Positions 6,847-11,896 of a stretch of 11,896 bases of DNA are shown one piece after another (the stretch's first letter is position 1; every line of letters starts with the position of its first letter). The notes under the pieces are model-generated. The model was not told the DNA's origin and made no database searches. It was given only the letters and a program-made list of their open reading frames with translations. The position numbers and the translations under genes were made by a program. Where the stretch lies: NCBI RefSeq assembly GCF_006345805.1, contig NW_021826855.1:1-11896 (forward strand), given 5' to 3'. Source of the DNA: Octopus sinensis. Its lineage: Eukaryota.

Positions 6847-6882
6847 ATACACACAGCTATACGATAAACATACACACACGCA
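6755..6882. repeat. (TA)n/(CA)n microsatellite
   Basis: Direct inspection. Confidence 0.95.
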
Positions 6883-7216
6883 CTTAAAGTTTAAAATAAT
6901 TTCTTCATACAGTTACAGTATTTGAAAAGAATATCTTTTAATTTGCACTGACTAGATGGAAGAGAATTTTGTGTAAGTGTTTTTGCTGTCTGCATCTTTT
7001 CAAAATACATGTGGTAGGCTACGAAAAAAAAAACCCAATTCTCTTTTCCATCAGAGCATTACTTATCAGCGTTTCTAATAGAATTCTTAAAACAAATATA
7101 ATTAATAATTTTTATTTTGAAACTTTTCTGAACACGTGTGTCTGTGTATCAGTATGTTTCTTATTCCTCGTTCCTCTGTTGGACTGATGCACTTCATCGT
7201 TTTCTGTTTCCGTCTA

Positions 7217-7312
7217 TAGTAGTAGTAGTAGTAGTAGTAATAATAGTAGTAGTAGTAGTAGTAGTAGTAGTAGCTGTTGTTGTTGTTGTTGTGGTTGCTG
7301 TGATTGTTGTTA
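7217..7312. repeat. (TAG)n switching to (TTG)n compound triplet microsatellite
   Basis: tagtagtag...gctgttgttgttg; it explains the poly-V and poly-Y/N ORFs. Confidence 0.95.
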
Positions 7313-7439
7313 TTGATATTCTCATAGATGTTGTAGCTGTTTGGACGAAAAGCAGAGTGAATAGAAAACATCATGGTCTATTCATGTGGTTGAGATTCCA
7401 ATACTGTTATTCCTATATATTGCATTTCTCTCTGTCGTT

Positions 7440-7893
7440 CATCCCTCATCTCTCTCTCTCTCTCTCAGCCACATACACACACACTCGCACACATTTATAC
7501 ACAAGCACAAATATGCATGCATACACTTTTCCCTCATCTCCGAACTGTTTAGTTCTCTCACTCATATAAAACGCTCTTTCTTTCCTTTCATTCACTCTCT
7601 TCTTCATATCTTTCCCTTTCCTTTATCTCTTCATCTCTCTACCCCCCTCTCTCTCTTACATCTCGTTCTTTCTCTTTATATATATATATACATATGCATG
7701 TTCATGTATCTGCATACACACATATATACATGTATATATACACACACACGCACTTATATGTGTGTATGTTTGTATATATGTATGTATATAAGCATATACA
7801 TATATATGCATGCTTATATGTGCCTACCTGTGTGTGTATATAAATGCTGATATGTATGCATGCATATACATAAGTATATATGTGTGTGTGTAT

Positions 7894-7932
<39 letters not shown>

Positions 7933-8055
7933 GTATAATACATATAAAAATAATATATATATATACACATATACATATACACACATCCACACAGACACTC
8001 AACGCACAATTTTTCCCTGTCAGTCTTTCTGTTTGTCTCTCTCTCTCTCTTCTCC
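7440..8055. repeat. (CT)n/(CA)n/(TA)n/(TG)n compound low-complexity field
   Basis: Direct inspection. Confidence 0.85.
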
Positions 8056-8454
8056 TACTAGTAATACATTTATTCTCCAGCAAGCGATAGCGTTAGAAAT
8101 GGCCGCCTGATCAAAACAAAACTACCAAAACCTGCCACACAAACACCGTTTTGTAATGGCTGCCAGATGACATATTAAGAACATCGCACAAAATGGCGAA
8201 TGTTCTCTTCCTGCGATAGATTAATGTCTATAATTGAATTCCTGGCAGAAATGGCAGTTACTATTTTTTTGTTTGTTATTTTGTTTTTTCAATACTTAAT
8301 CTTTTTTTGATTGCTTATTGTTTGTTTTCTTGTTTATCTTTTAACTGCACTGCAGCTTAATGTAATGTTTTACTCCTGTCTGAATGTATACACACTGAAG
8401 TTAATTCACTTACAGCAATTTACATTCTAATTCACATGAATATGCTTCGTTTGT

Positions 8455-8766
8455 ACGTGTATATATATGTATATATATATATAATATATATATATATATA
8501 GTATTATATATATATATATAATATATATATATATATATGCATATGTATATATACATATGTATATATTATATATACATAATATCTATAATATATATATAGA
8601 TTATATATATACACATATATACATATACATATATACGATATATATACTATATATATATATATATATACATATTATATACATATATATATATACATATATA
8701 TATATATATTATATATATATATATATATAATATACACCACATATATATATATATATGTATATATAC

Positions 8767-8816
<50 letters not shown>

Positions 8817-8925
8817 GCGCGTATGTGCAAATATGTATATGAGTTCGTGGGGTAGTTTCTCTCACTGTCTCTCTCTCTCACTCACACACACATATATGTA
8901 TATATGCATCTTTGTACGTATGTGT
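8455..8925. repeat. Long degenerate (TA)n field with (CT)n/(CA)n at its end
   Basis: Direct inspection. Confidence 0.95.
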
Positions 8926-8989
8926 GTATTATGAGAATAAACTCAAGTGCAAATCTGAATAACACGTTTTACATTTATATATATTCGCC

Positions 8990-9075
8990 TTCGTTCTTTT
9001 TCGCCTTCTCTCCTTTCTCTCTCTCTCCCCTCTTCTCTCTTTCTCTCTCTCTCTCTTCCTCTCTCTCTCTCTCTG
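8990..9075. repeat. (CT)n polypyrimidine tract
   Basis: Direct inspection. Confidence 0.9.
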
Positions 9076-9214
9076 TGAAATAATGCAAACTATATGTCTA
9101 TCCTGTTTTACATTATATGTACAAAACCTCACATACACAAAGCCACACACTCTTGTAGATATGTTAAAAAAATATATATATAATTGGTAATAGAGATATG
9201 TATAAATGCATGTC

Positions 9215-9322
9215 TGTTTGTGTGTGCGCGCACGTGTGTGTATATATGTGTATGTATGTGTGTATGTATGTATGTATGTATGTATGTATGTATGTATGTA
9301 TGTATGTATGTATGTATGTATA
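9215..9322. repeat. (TG)n/(TATG)n microsatellite
   Basis: Perfect TATG run at ~9262-9322. Confidence 0.95.
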
Positions 9323-9645
9323 TGGTGGCAGTCAGTTCCTGACCGAGTAAGACCGAGTGGTATTGGGGCCACAACCCGGCAGACGGGGCTCTGGTGAAAA
9401 TCCTTGGAGTGTCTGTTTCGGCAACCGGCGGCTCCTCGGTCGCTCTGTCCCTGCGTCTGCTGACTATCTGCGGCAAACAGGATGTCTCCATATGCGGGAT
9501 TGCTGGGGGCCGCTTGTGAAATCCACATATTCCCATGAAACTTCTTCCATGAATTCTCAATGGCGAATACAATGCCTCGAGGATGGTAGAAGAAGCCGAC
9601 TCAACCCGCCCAGGGTGAATGTCGCTACAAGTACAAGTAAGTAAG
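9323..9645 (+). mobile_element. Unclassified GC-rich interspersed-repeat candidate ending in a short tandem tail
   Basis: About 55% GC (hand count over 9361-9600) with a sharp left edge at the TATG array. It ends in tacaag-tacaag-taag-taag (9626-9645), like retroposon 3' tails. No recognisable A/B box or protein motif. Confidence 0.4.
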
Positions 9646-10100
9646 ACCACGTCCTAAACTCAGTTCATGAAAACGCTCCAAGAGCTTGAGAAGTTCTTGA
9701 ACATGGACTTGTTGGCAATGGGTAACGTTTCGTACAGCATTGGGTACCATTTTCCAGCACACTGAGCTATAAAACCAGTGGCACAACAGAGACTGAAGAG
9801 AACAGCACCCAACAGCACTTCAATTGTTTTTAGACGAGTTTACCTTTTAGGAGAAAGTTGTAGCAAGAACTATAAATTCTCCACCCGCAGAGGTTTACAT
9901 GCAGGTTTACCTACAGCTGGATCCCAACAGGTGTTTCCACACTCCTCAAAACCCTGGAACTCTTATACTAGGGCCCCACTACTGGAGCAGTTTTAAATAT
10001 GCATACATATATGGTGATTTGCTCCATCTCAAAGATGATTGTCGTCTCCTTGTGTTTTTCGTTGTCAATGGCATTTCTAACTTTCCATCCATGACCCGTG

Positions 10101-10340
10101 AAGGCACGTGGCTTAGTGGTTAGGGGTGTTGAAATCATGATTGTAAGATTGTGGTTTCAGTTCCTGGACCGGGCGGCGCGTTGTGTTCTTGAACGAAACT
10201 CTTCGTTTCACGTTGCTCCCGTCCACTCAGCTGGCAAAAATGAGTAACCCTGCAGCGGACCGGTGTCCCGTCCATGGGTGAGCATATACACCAATGAAAC
10301 TAAGAAGCATAGTCGGTATGGCTCAGGAAGAACTTTTATC
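10101..10340 (+). mobile_element. tRNA-derived SINE (family C, related to family B; CORE-like central domain)
   Basis: A-box tggcttagtggt at 10109-10120 and a degenerate B-box ggtttcagttcc at 10153-10164. It shares gtgtt..tga(g/a)cgaaac, cctgca..(a/g)gaccg..gtcccgtcca and tggctc..gaa with 2481-2864. Confidence 0.85.
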
Positions 10341-10489
10341 TTTATATCCATGACCTCTCAGATCACTATTCGTTCCCGTTGCAGATCTACGGGGTTTAAG
10401 CATAGGTGACAAACGAAGGTTGTGACTCACTGTGAGTTCCCAAATTGTTAGGTGTGCACATATTGCCACTCTTTACCAGCCTTTCAATC

Positions 10490-10836
10490 TCATATATATA
10501 CATATATACATACATACATATGTATGTATATACATACACACGTGCATTTTACCTTTTTGTCTGTATATCTACCCTCACTCTTTCTTGTTTCTCTCTCTGT
10601 AAACATACATCATACATATATACATGAACGCCTTCATCATACATACGTAATTGCATACATAATACATACTTACACATACGTACATAGACACATAAATGCA
10701 TAAATACATAGATATACAACACATGAACACACACACATATATAAATATATATATATATAAATAAATAAATAATATATATGTGCCCCAGCATGACCGCAGA
10801 TCGTGAGCTGAAACTAGATAAAAGGAAAAATGAAAA

Positions 10837-10902
<66 letters not shown>

Positions 10903-10937
10903 CACCATATATACATACACACACATACATACATACA

Positions 10938-10968
<31 letters not shown>

Positions 10969-10995
10969 CACATACATATACACACACACACAGAT
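10490..10995. repeat. (TA)n/(CATA)n/(CA)n compound field
   Basis: Direct inspection. Confidence 0.9.
10780..10839 (+). mobile_element. Possible short 3'-terminal retroposon (SINE/LINE tail) fragment inside a TA array
   Basis: Complex island gtgccccagcatgaccgcagatcgtgagctgaaactagataaaaggaaaaatgaaaatg with an A-rich tandem-like end. It resembles retroposon tails I associate with octopus repeats (recollection, not verified). Confidence 0.4.
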
Positions 10996-11099
10996 AATAA
11001 TGGTGGCTGCAAAATGAGAAAACCAATGACTAATAGTACAAAGCCTCGTTTTCATAGTTGTTCAGACACACATAAACACAGATGTACATACATATATCC

Positions 11100-11172
11100 A
11101 AACACACGCACACAAAAACAAAGTGTGTGTGTGTGAGAGAGAGAGAGAGGGGGGAGGGAGAGAGAGAGAGAG
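11100..11172. repeat. (CA)n/(TG)n/(GA)n compound microsatellite
   Basis: Direct inspection. Confidence 0.9.
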
Positions 11173-11394
11173 TAAGATAAAAGCAGCGACAGCAGCACCG
11201 TACTAGATTCCACAAGATGGTGGTTTTAGATTGATCCCAATTTGTTCGACCTTTCAAAGTTAATGGACGTTAAAGGACTATTGAATAGTATTAACTGAGT
11301 CGTGTCTCTGAATATTTCATCAGCGGCCTGAATGGATTTTGCGCTGGGTACTGCAGACGTGTGAATATCTGTGCGTGAGTATGCTCCCCCCCTA

Positions 11395-11850
11395 ACACAC
11401 ACACACACATGCATGCGTGTGTATGTGTATATTCGAATATATATGAATGCATGTGTATATACATAAATATGCAAATGGGTATGTATGTGCATATATATGT
11501 GTGCAAATGCTTGGATGTTACGATGTGTTTATGTATATACATACATACATACACATAAACACACAGAGACATATACGTATATATGTGTGTATGCATCACT
11601 GTGTATGTGTGTATTTATTTATGAATGTATGCGTGTATATGTATGCGCGTATGTATGAGTGTATATGCATACCTGTGGGTATATATGTGTATGCAGGTGT
11701 GTATATATGTGCATGCATGAATAACTTATGCATACACATACATACGCATAAATACACACACACATGTATATGCATGCACACACATGAATATGTGCTGTTA
11801 TACATATACACGCAGACGCATATACTCAAAGATACACGCGCACACATAGG
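11395..11850. repeat. Degenerate (TG)/(CA)/(TATG) low-complexity field
   Basis: Direct inspection. Confidence 0.9.
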
Positions 11851-11896
11851 TGAATAGAAGAAGAAGGGGAGGAATATAGAATAGGAGGTACTGATA

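Overview
AT-rich, microsatellite-dense eukaryotic non-coding DNA (intron or intergenic). The tRNA-derived SINE heads, the Penelope-like element and the TA/TATG/TAG repeat landscape look like an octopus (coleoid cephalopod) genome; this assignment is from recognition, not a database search. No host gene can be supported, and nearly all ORFs in the supplied track are microsatellite artefacts. The only real coding signal is a 5'-truncated, frameshifted Penelope-like retroelement (RT + GIY-YIG endonuclease, 3325-~4600) bracketed by an inverted pseudo-LTR. The most interesting structure is RNA-level: 3.2-6.7 kb holds four complete and one truncated type I hammerhead-ribozyme-like motifs from three sequence families. 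Two families share a non-canonical CCGAnGA core, and one forms a fold-back palindrome with two head-to-head ribozymes. Also present are three tRNA-SINE families, one SINE interrupted by a locally generated inverted duplication.
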